Positions 27,130 through 36,933 are shown, counted from the first letter of the stretch. The stretch: 64,000 bases of DNA from Lactobacillaceae bacterium (GCA_036498565.1 DASYFG010000004.1:694102-758101); one strand, 5' to 3'. Notes: generated from the sequence alone by a model not told the origin. Made by a program: numbers and translations.

Positions 27130-29475
27130 TTACTTCACAAACTTTGTTCCCAAATTTTTCACCGCTTCAAAAATCCGCTTAGAATTATCATGATCAACAA
27201 AGTTCAACATGACCTCCCGCTTCTGTACAAATTGTGCATCCTCAGCAAAACCATTGGTCACATACTTTTCAATTACTGAAACTGTTCCCTCTGCATCAAA
27301 AGTCGCATCCCCAAACAAATCACGTTCATAATCCAAATAAGCACCTTCAGTTTTCAAATAATCATCCCGATCAAACTGATAAAAGGCAACTGGTTTTTTC
27401 AAATAGAACATATCCCAAGCCACGCTTGAATAGTCCGTAATCATCATCGAACTCTTCATAATTTCTTCACCCATGTCAACATCAAGATAACCATAACGAT
27501 CAATGACACTCGCATCGATATCGAATAAATCAACATAGCCTTTAAAGTAAGGGTGTAAGAAGAACGCCAAACGGACATTATTTTCCGCCAAAATCTGCTT
27601 TAAACGTGGCGATTCTAGGAAGGTTTTATATTCACGATAGAACGGTGTCTGAACGAATTGCTCGCGACTCATACCGTCCATCCATTTTCGCCATGTTGGC
27701 ATCATAAAGATTTGTTTGAACGGAATCTGTGCGGTTTTATCTTCATACGAATCCCAACGGGCGTAACCAGTTACCGCAACTTCATCAGGTTCATAGCCCC
27801 ACTTAGGAACCGTAATCGTGTCCTTTTCAAATTGACTAGGCGCAATGATAAAGTCCAATAGTCCTCGGACCTTGTGAAAGCCTGGTACTTGCTTCAAGCC
27901 ATTCACACCGTGTTGCAAAAAGACATTTTTCTTTTTGGCTAATGCTTTGGCCATCAAAGAATCGCGCCGGTGCATATTGTAGACATGATACTTCGTATCC
28001 GAAGAAATCAATAGTTTAGCACCGTACAAGTACAAGAAGTACTTAAAACTCATAAAGTCAATGACACGATCCGACATCCCCTGCACATTTTTATACTCAG
28101 GTGAAGTTGGATTAATCACGAAGTACGCGGGTACTTGCTTTTGTTCATGATAGAGGTATTTGAAGAAGTGAAAACCATTATCATGAGCACCCATCGCATT
28201 TTTTTCATAGATAATCCATGGTTGCTTGAGTTTGAAGTATGGCATCAACAATTTAGCTGTCCAATAAGCTAATCGTTCACGCTTCAGGTTTTCAGCCGTT
28301 TCAAAACTTTCTACTGGTCGCGATTCGAATGCTAGATTTCCCTGAATGCTGGTAATGTAAGGATAGAACAATTGCTCGTTGTTGATTAACACTTCACGCG
28401 TATACTTATGACGTTCGACGTAGCGTTGTACTTGTTTGCCGGCGCGGTCAAGTTGTAAGATAAATTGCTCGTTATTCGTCTTGACGCGCACATAAAGATC
28501 CCAATAAAACGGCGTCAGGATTTCTTTGACATCCACGATCATATCCAAAGTGATGCCTGTCGCCGTTTGCTCAACGTTAGTCAGTTGAACTTGTTGCTCG
28601 GCATAACTCAAACGATTACGAAAGACTAATACTGCTTCTTCAATAGAAAAGTCCGCTGGTAATAAACCTTTCATAGTAGCACGAAGTTGGAAAGTATCAT
28701 CAACCCGCTTAATTCGTGTAATAACGGTTTCCAATTCCATTCGCTCACGTCGAATTTTTGGTAGGCTATTTTTGATTAATGACCAATCACCATCTTGGGT
28801 GACATAAGCTTGAATTCCTTGTTGATATAAGGTCGGCACGCTATCATGATCGATAATCAACGCCGACATATTAGATGTTTCATTTGCGCGTAAGCGCACC
28901 CGATTTGCCTGTCGCGGTGTGTCAAACATCACAAATGCATCAATTCGTCGTGCACTTTGCTGCGCAAAAACCGTTGTCAGCCATTCATGCCATGGATAAA
29001 TCCATGTGCGACCGTCTTGGCTTGTACCTTCTAACAACACGCCGTTATTTTTTTTGCGTGTTTGTAAGTCTAATTTTATGTCAGAATAGCTTTGATCGAA
29101 GGTAACTTGAACAGCATCTCGCGTGATTTGAATTGTTGCCGTAATTGGTTTGGCTTCAATTGCTAAACTGATGCGTCGTTCTTTGGTTTCAAACGTGTAA
29201 TCAGCTACGCTATCTTGATACGTTAAAATCTGATTTTGTAGCCGTTCATTTAATGGCACAGAAACATATCGCATGGCTTGATTATCCACAATTTCAATTT
29301 CTGAAATAAGTAGATTCTTCTTTCCCTTAACGCCAGCTAAATCAAATTCTATCGGTGTACGTGAATATGTTCGAATTTCCCCACCAATGCGAACGGATAC
29401 CATCTGATCATCTCGCATATCCTCGATATTAACAATTAGCTGATTATTATGAACTTTAATATTTGTAATTTCCAT
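27130..29475 (-). CDS. CDP-glycerol glycerophosphotransferase, TagF family, with ~390-aa N-terminal extension
   Basis: 'MMITDYSSVAWDMFYLKKPVAFYQFDRDDY' and 'FLQHGVNGLKQ'. Confidence 0.8.
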   Translation of the reverse strand: MEITNIKVHNNQLIVNIEDMRDDQMVSVRIGGEIRTYSRTPIEFDLAGVKGKKNLLISEIEIVDNQAMRYVSVPLNERLQNQILTYQDSVADYTFETKERRISLAIEAKPITATIQITRDAVQVTFDQSYSDIKLDLQTRKKNNGVLLEGTSQDGRTWIYPWHEWLTTVFAQQSARRIDAFVMFDTPRQANRVRLRANETSNMSALIIDHDSVPTLYQQGIQAYVTQDGDWSLIKNSLPKIRRERMELETVITRIKRVDDTFQLRATMKGLLPADFSIEEAVLVFRNRLSYAEQQVQLTNVEQTATGITLDMIVDVKEILTPFYWDLYVRVKTNNEQFILQLDRAGKQVQRYVERHKYTREVLINNEQLFYPYITSIQGNLAFESRPVESFETAENLKRERLAYWTAKLLMPYFKLKQPWIIYEKNAMGAHDNGFHFFKYLYHEQKQVPAYFVINPTSPEYKNVQGMSDRVIDFMSFKYFLYLYGAKLLISSDTKYHVYNMHRRDSLMAKALAKKKNVFLQHGVNGLKQVPGFHKVRGLLDFIIAPSQFEKDTITVPKWGYEPDEVAVTGYARWDSYEDKTAQIPFKQIFMMPTWRKWMDGMSREQFVQTPFYREYKTFLESPRLKQILAENNVRLAFFLHPYFKGYVDLFDIDASVIDRYGYLDVDMGEEIMKSSMMITDYSSVAWDMFYLKKPVAFYQFDRDDYLKTEGAYLDYERDLFGDATFDAEGTVSVIEKYVTNGFAEDAQFVQKREVMLNFVDHDNSKRIFEAVKNLGTKFVK

Positions 29476-29483
29476 ATTTTTCC

Positions 29484-29524
29484 CTAAATAAAAAGGTATC
29501 TACCTCTTATCTGTAGACACCTTG
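29484..29524 (-). terminator. Terminator after tagD, abutting the RBS of the next TagF gene
   Basis: Minus strand: AAGGTGTCTAC-9 nt-GTAGATACCTT (one G-U pair), then TTTTTATTT. The T-run ends about 10 nt before ATG 29475. Confidence 0.6.
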
Positions 29525-29627
29525 CGTGTTGATTTTCTCCAGCAAACTATTCCACATCTCATCCTAGACACTATTTTATCATGTGTTCAATAAGACATGT
29601 TTCATTGTTTACTTTTGTAATGTAAAT

Positions 29628-30059
29628 TTAATTTACTTTAGACACGTGATCTGTCGCCAAATTCTCCGTGTTTAAATCCTTTTTGATTTGCGTGGTTGAA
29701 ATTTCTGGTGTGCGTTCCAAATAAACAACTTCGGCGTCTGTTTGTTCGCCGATAAAGTCAAATTCACCCTTCCAGTCGTCTCCCATAACAAAAGTGTCAA
29801 CTTGATACAACTTCACGTCGTCAACTTTTTGGTCCCATGAATTTTCTGGAATCACCAAGTCCACAAAACGAATGGCTTCAAGCAATTGCTTACGCTTTTC
29901 GTAGCTAAAGTAAGTTTTCTTTTGTTTTGCATCCCAGTTAAATTCATCCGTTGACAACACAACAATCAGATAATCACCCATTTCCTTTGCCCGACGCAAA
30001 AGGTTAATGTGACCGTAGTGCAGCATATCAAAAGTGCCGTATGTAATGACGCGTTTCAT
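29628..30059 (-). CDS. tagD: Glycerol-3-phosphate cytidylyltransferase
   Basis: 'MKRVITYGTFDMLHYGHINLLRRAKEMGDYLIV' (HxGH motif). Start set at ATG 30059 (GGAGG 7 nt upstream). Confidence 0.95.
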   Translation of the reverse strand: MKRVITYGTFDMLHYGHINLLRRAKEMGDYLIVVLSTDEFNWDAKQKKTYFSYEKRKQLLEAIRFVDLVIPENSWDQKVDDVKLYQVDTFVMGDDWKGEFDFIGEQTDAEVVYLERTPEISTTQIKKDLNTENLATDHVSKVN

Positions 30060-30085
30060 AAACATTCCTCCAAAATTATTCCTAC

Positions 30086-30094
30086 ATTTTACCA
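30086..30094 (-). promoter_or_regulatory. Extended -10 promoter (TGgTAAAAT) for tagD
   Basis: The minus strand reads TGGTAAAAT between the glf terminator and the tagD RBS. Confidence 0.4.
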
Positions 30095-30124
30095 CAAAAA
30101 AAGCTCGTTAGCTAACGAGCTTTT
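30095..30124 (-). terminator. Terminator after glf
   Basis: Stem agctcgtta (30102-30110) / taacgagct (30113-30121). The A-run 30096-30101 gives a U-tail on the minus strand. Confidence 0.8.
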
Positions 30125-30126
30125 CC

Positions 30127-31341
30127 TTACTTCACGTCATCATGTGCAAAATTAAAATCAGCACTAATTCCAAATTCCTTACGCACTTCATTCAAAGCGG
30201 CGTTAAACACTTGATCCATGTCAAAGTAACGATACTGACCCAAACGCCCACCAAAAATCACTTGGTCGGCATGCGCACGCGCTTCTTTGGCGTATTCTTT
30301 GAAGATGCTCGTGTTCTTTTCGTCGTTGACTGGGTAATACGCTTCTTTAGTACGATCCCAATCTTGCGGGTATTCCCGGGTGATAATGGTCTTGCCTTCA
30401 TCAGCCAAGTTGTCAAAATGACGCCATTCCATCACACGTGTATACGGCACATCGCGTTCCGTGTAGTTAATCACGGCGTTGCCTTGGTAGTTGTCTGAAT
30501 CAATCGTTTCGTGTTCAAAACGCACAGAACGATATTCCAATTCGCCGTGTTTGTAATCGAAGAATTGGTCAATCATGCCGGTATAAACCACACGAGGGAA
30601 TTCAGCCAAGAACACATCTTTGTCAGAGAAGAAATCTGTGTCCGTCAACACATCAACCAAACCGTTCGAACGTTCAATCATGTTCTCAAAAATCTGTGTG
30701 TACCCACCAACTGGAATCCCTTGGTAACGGTGGTTAAAGTAGTTGTTGTCGTAAATGAAACGCACGGGCAAACGCTTAATGATAAACGCTGGCAACTCCG
30801 TCGCCGGACGACCCCACTGCTTTTCCGTGTAGCCCTTGATCAACTTGTTGTAAATATCGGTTCCAATCAACGAAATCGCTTGCTCTTCCAAATTACGTGG
30901 TTCGCGATCGCCCAATTCAGCCAACGCGGCTTGCTTTTGTTCTTCAATCTTGACCTTAGCTTCATCAGGGGTTTTTGTGCCCCACATTTGGTAGAACGTG
31001 TTCATGTTGAACGGCAAGTTGTACAATTTACCTTCGTAGTTGGCGATCACTTGGTTTTGATAACCGTTAAATGGCGCAAATTGGCGGATGTAATCCCACA
31101 CTTCTTTGTTATCCGTGTGGAAAATGTGGGCACCAAAATCATGGACTGTAATGCCGTTTTCCGTGTGCGTGTACATGTTCCCGGCGATGTGTGAGCGCTT
31201 TTCAATCACCAAAGAACGCTTGCCGCGCTTGGCCGCTTCGTGGGCAAAAATCATCCCATAAGGGCCCGCCCCGACGATTAAGTAGTCATAGTTTTTTGTG
31301 TTGTATTTGTTTGTCATATGATGAGGTTGTCGTGTTTGCAC
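30127..31341 (-). CDS. glf: UDP-galactopyranose mutase
   Basis: FAD fold 'YDYLIVGAGPYGMIFAHEAAKRGKRSLVIEKRSHIAGN' and a C-terminal 'FGGRLGQYRYFDMDQ'. The start is GTG 31341 or ATG 31317. Confidence 0.95.
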   Translation of the reverse strand: MQTRQPHHMTNKYNTKNYDYLIVGAGPYGMIFAHEAAKRGKRSLVIEKRSHIAGNMYTHTENGITVHDFGAHIFHTDNKEVWDYIRQFAPFNGYQNQVIANYEGKLYNLPFNMNTFYQMWGTKTPDEAKVKIEEQKQAALAELGDREPRNLEEQAISLIGTDIYNKLIKGYTEKQWGRPATELPAFIIKRLPVRFIYDNNYFNHRYQGIPVGGYTQIFENMIERSNGLVDVLTDTDFFSDKDVFLAEFPRVVYTGMIDQFFDYKHGELEYRSVRFEHETIDSDNYQGNAVINYTERDVPYTRVMEWRHFDNLADEGKTIITREYPQDWDRTKEAYYPVNDEKNTSIFKEYAKEARAHADQVIFGGRLGQYRYFDMDQVFNAALNEVRKEFGISADFNFAHDDVK

Positions 31342-31392
31342 GCCAACTTATCCCTTCTGAAAATAAATCCTATGCATTAAGTATACTATATT

Positions 31393-32025
31393 TCACGGTA
31401 GTTGTGATTCAATCACGTATTTTCGATTCCATGTTACACCACGACGAACAACTCGCGCAGAATTACCTGCCAAAACCGTAAACGTTTCTGTGAATTGACC
31501 TGCCACCACTGCACTTTGTCCGACAATCGTGTTATCTGGAATCACTGCACCTTTTAATATAACCGCTTGACTCCCCAACCAAACATGATTTCCAATTATG
31601 ATTGCCTTAGCCTGATTAATCACCTGATTTGTCACAATATCTATAATTTGATGTCCGTCACTTGCACGAATGACAATTTCGGAACTCCACATATTATTGC
31701 GTCCAATCATTACTCGTGCATCGTCCGTGTTTTCTAATGCAAATCTGGTTGTATAAGCGACGGAAAAATTTTCACCAATTTCTACATAATTACGCCATGA
31801 TTGTCCTGCCATGGCAAACGTTACATATTTTAACCCAACGGGATGTGTACGATGAATAATTAAGGTTGACTCATTAGAAATGTTAACCGTACATCCATGA
31901 AAAACCGATCCTTCTGTGATTTTAACTAGATTACCGTCACCGAAAAAATGAACCTTCAATCCGGTAATCGTTGGATTTTCAACTTCTGTACCATCTGCAC
32001 GTATCATCACATAACGATTGACCAT
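31393..32025 (-). CDS. Hexapeptide-repeat acetyltransferase
   Basis: 'IIIGNHVWLGSQAVILKGAVIPDNTIVGQSAVVAGQF'. Confidence 0.75.
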   Translation of the reverse strand: MVNRYVMIRADGTEVENPTITGLKVHFFGDGNLVKITEGSVFHGCTVNISNESTLIIHRTHPVGLKYVTFAMAGQSWRNYVEIGENFSVAYTTRFALENTDDARVMIGRNNMWSSEIVIRASDGHQIIDIVTNQVINQAKAIIIGNHVWLGSQAVILKGAVIPDNTIVGQSAVVAGQFTETFTVLAGNSARVVRRGVTWNRKYVIESQLP

Positions 32026-32034
32026 TATTTTTCC

Positions 32035-33201
32035 TTAATCACGTTGATAAACATCACGTGTATACACTTTTGCCACAACATCGCTCAAATCAGCCGTCAA
32101 GCGATTAGCCACAATGACATCTGCTTTGGTTTTGAACGTCGCCAAGTCATTAATGACTGTTACCCCATCAAATTCAGCCGCTTCCAAAGTCGGCTCATAA
32201 ATGAACAAGTCGACATCTGAATTACGCAAGTAATCCATCACACCCAAAATTGAAGAATCCCGGAAATTATCCGAACCAGTTTTCATCGTCAAACGATAAA
32301 TTCCCACCGCCTTTGGTTCACGGGCCAAAACTTGATCCGCGATGAACTGCTTGCGTGTTTCGTTTGATTGCACAATTGAACTCATCAATTCTTGTGGCAC
32401 ATCTTGATAAGACGCCAATAGTTGCTTCGTGTCCTTTGGCAAGCAATAACCACCGTAACCAAATGATGGATTGTTATAGAAATCGCCAATACGCGGATCT
32501 AGTCCTACTCCTTGAACGATGCGAGCAGTGTCTAACCCTTTTTGAGCGGCGTAAGTGTCCAATTCGTTAAAGAACGCGACGCGCATGGCTAAGTACGTAT
32601 TAGAGAAAAGTTTAATTGATTCGGCTTCAGAAGAGGTCACAAACAATTTTTGTACTTCATCTTCTTGTGACGCCTCTTCTAACAAACGTGCAAAGTCTTC
32701 TGCGCGCGGTGACATTTCACCCACGATAATTCGCGACGGATGCAGGTTATCTTCCAAAGCTTTTCCTTCGCGCAAAAATTCAGGGCTAAACAAAATATTA
32801 TCTGTGCCGAATTTTACTTTGGCGTCTTCTGTGAAGTTGACCGGGATCGTTGATTTAATAATCATCAACGCTGTTGGATTGATACGCACGACGTCTTTGA
32901 TAACGGCTTCAACTGATGACACATCGAAGTAGCCTTTGTCCGGATCGTAGGATGTTGGCGTTGAAATAATCACATATTTCGCATCTTGATACGCTTCTTC
33001 TGGCACCAAAGTAGATCGCAAATTCAAGTCTTTGTTCGCAAAGAACTCTGAAATTTTGGCGTCCATAATCGGTGCCACGCGATCGTTAATCATGGCGACT
33101 TTTTCAGGAATGATGTCTAGCGCCACCACTTCATTGGCTTGTGACAACAACGTTGCCATTGATAATCCGACGTACCCGGTTCCTGCTACTGCTATTTTCA
33201 T
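32035..33201 (-). CDS. ugd: UDP-glucose 6-dehydrogenase
   Basis: 'MKIAVAGTGYVGLSMATLL' NAD fold and the catalytic 'GYGGYCLPKDTKQL'. Confidence 0.9.
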   Translation of the reverse strand: MKIAVAGTGYVGLSMATLLSQANEVVALDIIPEKVAMINDRVAPIMDAKISEFFANKDLNLRSTLVPEEAYQDAKYVIISTPTSYDPDKGYFDVSSVEAVIKDVVRINPTALMIIKSTIPVNFTEDAKVKFGTDNILFSPEFLREGKALEDNLHPSRIIVGEMSPRAEDFARLLEEASQEDEVQKLFVTSSEAESIKLFSNTYLAMRVAFFNELDTYAAQKGLDTARIVQGVGLDPRIGDFYNNPSFGYGGYCLPKDTKQLLASYQDVPQELMSSIVQSNETRKQFIADQVLAREPKAVGIYRLTMKTGSDNFRDSSILGVMDYLRNSDVDLFIYEPTLEAAEFDGVTVINDLATFKTKADVIVANRLTADLSDVVAKVYTRDVYQRD

Positions 33202-33203
33202 GG

Positions 33204-35828
33204 TTATCTTCCTTGCTTTTTCAGTTGATATTGTTTACCAAATTGTGTTTTCTTCACTGTGTTTTTCAGTTGCCGATAGACCGCGTACACACGTTTAGCC
33301 GCCTCAAATTGTACGCCTTGCCAAATTGACTTTGGTGCAATTGGTTTTAAATCCGTTAGCTCATCCAAAGGAATCGTGACATAGCCCTGATTATTAACCG
33401 TTGTGCTGAAAAAATTATGTCCTTCACGTGATGAAATTTGGCGAATTTGGTAACTAAAACCGGTATATTTGCCAGTATATTTTGCATGAATCGTGAAAAT
33501 ATTATCTTTGAAAGAATAGTAAAGATGATCGAGCATTACGCGTTTACCTGAATCCCATTGCAATTGATGAATCATTGGCTGTAATTCACCGTCTACTTGC
33601 TGTAAGGAAATACTCAGGTTCAAAGTATCTTTGACTAGCGGTTTAAAGTTGTCCATGTACATCACATCAATGACAGCCGACAAATTACTCGTGTCATGAT
33701 GGCCAATCAACAGCGTGAAGAAACGAGCCGCTTTACCGCGTCCTTGGGCTTCATTTTGACCAAAAATCAGTTTGGCACTTTTGATTTGCACTTTTGGATT
33801 TGGCGTAATATCTGCTTTTGATTTAGCTTCTTCAAATTTAAATTGGCCAATTTCAAGGAAGAAGCGGTCATATTCGCCCACGGCATAACGCGTCATTTGT
33901 CGTAAAAATCGCCAATCTTTTAAATCACGTAATTGATCAAAATCATCTTCGGTTAAGGCCAGCACGCCCAATTTTTCCAAACCACCCGCCACTAACAAAT
34001 CAAAATAATGTCGCGCCCCCTCACCGGTGGTAAAACCTTCTGAAAATTGCCAGATAATCGAGCGAATATTTTTAATGCTGTATTGTTTGGCAAAGCGTTC
34101 ACTATTCGGCATTTGACGAATAGTTGTTTGAATCGCCAAATTCATGTTGTAAGCATTGTCCCAATTGGTGTCATGTTTCGTACTAGAAATGTTATTACCG
34201 TGGGCATATAATTGCGTCACTAGAGTGCGATTCAACGCGCGAATTCTCGTGGCATTGGTCATCGCAATGTTGGTAAAGTAGCCGTCGTTTGACACAGGTT
34301 GCTCTTGAAATGTGAGCTTGAGTGTACGAATGTATGCCGCTTCAAATAACTTATCCCACGTCCAGCCATTAAATGCATGATACGGATTATCGGCTAATTC
34401 ACTAAAAGCAAAAACCTCAGCTTCTGGCATAAAGCGTCGATTATACGCGTAATCCATCACATATGTTTGGCCAGTGATGACATTTTTACGTTCACTTTTG
34501 AACCAGACAATCTGTGCTTGACTGTCCCGTCCGGCATAAAAAGCGTGCTCTAACATGCGCGAATGAAACGTATCATCCGCATCCAAGAAGGCCAAATACG
34601 TACCGTGCGCCATGGTTAATCCCACATTACGGGCATGCCCGGCATTAGATGGCCCAATGGAAACGGTGCTAATGCGCGGATCTTTGCGCACATAATCTTG
34701 AATAATTTCAACCGTATCATCTTGCGAGCCATTTTCCACGAGAATAATTTCAATGTCGCGCAAACTCTGTTGCGTCACTGAATCTAATGTCCGGCGCAAG
34801 TATTTTCCTGCATTATGCACCGGCATGATGACACTAACTTTGTAAAATTCCGGCACATAAACTTCTTCAAAGTAAGCATCTGGATCGGCGACAATCGCAT
34901 TGATTTTAATTTGGTTGCCGGGGTTCACAAAGTCAACGTCGTCTAGCCCACCTTGCTCTTTATCGCGCAAAAAATCCTGTGCAATCAATTGAAAGAAGGC
35001 TTGTTTTTTCTCAAAGGGAATAACTTTAAGCGCAAAAAAGTAATTATTGATTTTCCGTTCATAAAAGAAAGGTTTCACTTGCTCAAACAAACCGCGGCTC
35101 GTCAAATTTTCACGAATAAAGTCGTGTTCGATAAAGAAATTTTTGAATAACTTATCTGGATTTTTGACTGTCGACATTTCATTGTCACGCCGGTGATAAA
35201 TATACGTTTCATCAACGTACATCACGCGCTTCGCCAAACTCATTGTTTGCCAGTAAAAACCATTGTCATTATAACTGCTGACTGCTTCATTCCAGCGAAT
35301 ATGATTATCAATTAATAACTCACGGCGATACAACGAGACCCAAGCGTACATTGGAAACGACAGAATAATCTTTTCATCGAGTGGATCAATCACTCGGTTG
35401 TAATAACCATTACGCGCAATTTGCTCAACTTGGCCTTGATAAGTTTCACCCGAACCAGTAAAATTCACGAGATTACTTTTTAAAATATCCAAATCGTTTT
35501 GAGCTGCGGTGGCGTATAATTTCTCATACATATCAGCCGTAACATAATCATCACTATCTAATTCAGCAATGTATTCGCCTCGCGCAGCATCAATACCGGT
35601 ATTAATGGCTAAACCTACACCACCATTCGCCTTATCAATCACCACAAAACGAGTATCCTTACTGGCATAACGTTGGATAATCGTCAAAGATTCATCCGTT
35701 GAGCCATCATTGACAATGATAAATTCCGCTTCTTGTAAAGTTTGCTGGGTTAAACTTGTCAGCGCTTCATCCAAATAAGCCGCTTGATTATATACGGGCA
35801 CGACGACTGATACTTTTATTGACATCAT
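33204..35828 (-). CDS. Dual-domain GT2 glycosyltransferase with additional ~230-aa C-terminal domain
   Basis: Two GT-A starts ('VSVVVPVYNQAAYLDEAL...IIVNDGSTD' and 'VSVIMPVHNAGKYLRRTL...ILVENGSQD'), each with a DxD ('ELDSDD', 'FLDADD'). Start set at ATG 35828. Confidence 0.8.
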   Translation of the reverse strand: MMSIKVSVVVPVYNQAAYLDEALTSLTQQTLQEAEFIIVNDGSTDESLTIIQRYASKDTRFVVIDKANGGVGLAINTGIDAARGEYIAELDSDDYVTADMYEKLYATAAQNDLDILKSNLVNFTGSGETYQGQVEQIARNGYYNRVIDPLDEKIILSFPMYAWVSLYRRELLIDNHIRWNEAVSSYNDNGFYWQTMSLAKRVMYVDETYIYHRRDNEMSTVKNPDKLFKNFFIEHDFIRENLTSRGLFEQVKPFFYERKINNYFFALKVIPFEKKQAFFQLIAQDFLRDKEQGGLDDVDFVNPGNQIKINAIVADPDAYFEEVYVPEFYKVSVIMPVHNAGKYLRRTLDSVTQQSLRDIEIILVENGSQDDTVEIIQDYVRKDPRISTVSIGPSNAGHARNVGLTMAHGTYLAFLDADDTFHSRMLEHAFYAGRDSQAQIVWFKSERKNVITGQTYVMDYAYNRRFMPEAEVFAFSELADNPYHAFNGWTWDKLFEAAYIRTLKLTFQEQPVSNDGYFTNIAMTNATRIRALNRTLVTQLYAHGNNISSTKHDTNWDNAYNMNLAIQTTIRQMPNSERFAKQYSIKNIRSIIWQFSEGFTTGEGARHYFDLLVAGGLEKLGVLALTEDDFDQLRDLKDWRFLRQMTRYAVGEYDRFFLEIGQFKFEEAKSKADITPNPKVQIKSAKLIFGQNEAQGRGKAARFFTLLIGHHDTSNLSAVIDVMYMDNFKPLVKDTLNLSISLQQVDGELQPMIHQLQWDSGKRVMLDHLYYSFKDNIFTIHAKYTGKYTGFSYQIRQISSREGHNFFSTTVNNQGYVTIPLDELTDLKPIAPKSIWQGVQFEAAKRVYAVYRQLKNTVKKTQFGKQYQLKKQGR

Positions 35829-35844
35829 TATTTTTCCTGTTCTA

Positions 35845-36933
35845 CTATCCTTGTTTTGACATAGCATCACTGCCTAATTCTTCAATCAGCAGCGCTTCAA
35901 CTTTTTCATTGTCCCACCGCGCGACTTCTTGATGACCTTGCGCCATTAATGAAGCACGGTATTGTTCAATTTTGATGATTGAACGGACATAGGTTGGCGT
36001 TTGATTCGTTAAATAAGTTTTAGGTGGATTAAACCATAAGCCGCGCCAAGTCCCTGTCCAAACCAAGCCTAATTTCCGCCAGCGATACACATTTCCTGGT
36101 TGCAAAAGCGTCCACGTTTGTTGAATAAGAGTTTTTAAAGCCAGTTTTAACATGGCCTTACGGCCATTTGCCCGCCGCATCGTCAACAAATGATTCCGAA
36201 ATTCATAGCCATAGCGCCATAAGCGCGCGCGATCCGTCTCTTGGCGAATATCCCCCGGTCGTGCGTTCACACTGGATTTGTGCACGACCACTGATTCTGG
36301 TAGAAAATAACCACGATAAACATCTGCCGCACGATTCGTATATTCAATATCATCTCCCCAGATGAAGTATTCTTGTTGCGGCAAACCGATTTGTGCCACA
36401 ATGTTGCGCGGTATGAGCACGGAGACAAACGTTGCGTTCACCACTTCAACGGCGTTTTGTCCATTGATCATGTTTTCAACCCAGAAAAAACTGCGCGGTG
36501 ACACGACATTCATCCAAGATGGTTTACCATTTGGTGTTTGCCAACGGACATTACTCGTCACAAAACCGGTTTTCGGGTGACTAACCATGAATTTTACTAA
36601 ATGGTGCAACGCATTAGGCTGAGGAATCGTGTCATCATCCATCAACCAAATCGCATCATCGGTGGTTTCTTCGCCAAAAGTTTTAACCGCTAAATGAAAA
36701 CCACCAGCGCCCCCAAAATTATCAGCCAAATTTTTAATAATAAAACGAGGATCCGTTAAGCTTTGTAACCACTCAGTTGTGCCATCCGTCGAGTGATTAT
36801 TAATAATAATGATATGCGCTAAGTGCGCCCCGAATTGCTGTTCCACAGCATCCAACGCTTCTTGCAACAAAGACAGCCGATTATACGTGACAATGGCCGC
36901 GCTAACACGGTAAGTTTCAGACATAGACGTCAT
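35845..36933 (-). CDS. GT2 glycosyltransferase (candidate galactofuranosyl/rhamnosyl-type transferase)
   Basis: 'AAIVTYNRLSLLQEALDAV...IIINNHSTDGT...WLMDDDTIP'. It is a clear paralog of 37055-37975. Confidence 0.75.
   Translation of the reverse strand: MTSMSETYRVSAAIVTYNRLSLLQEALDAVEQQFGAHLAHIIIINNHSTDGTTEWLQSLTDPRFIIKNLADNFGGAGGFHLAVKTFGEETTDDAIWLMDDDTIPQPNALHHLVKFMVSHPKTGFVTSNVRWQTPNGKPSWMNVVSPRSFFWVENMINGQNAVEVVNATFVSVLIPRNIVAQIGLPQQEYFIWGDDIEYTNRAADVYRGYFLPESVVVHKSSVNARPGDIRQETDRARLWRYGYEFRNHLLTMRRANGRKAMLKLALKTLIQQTWTLLQPGNVYRWRKLGLVWTGTWRGLWFNPPKTYLTNQTPTYVRSIIKIEQYRASLMAQGHQEVARWDNEKVEALLIEELGSDAMSKQG

Noticed and set aside
30511-31194. 227-aa plus-strand ORF, with similar long plus-strand ORFs at 4562-5101, 52626-53358 and 62575-62889
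   Set aside because: They lie entirely antisense to, or out of frame within, confidently identified genes (glf, dnaI/dnaB, gatA/gatB, dsdA). They have no RBS and give low-complexity or biased translations. They are shadow ORFs.
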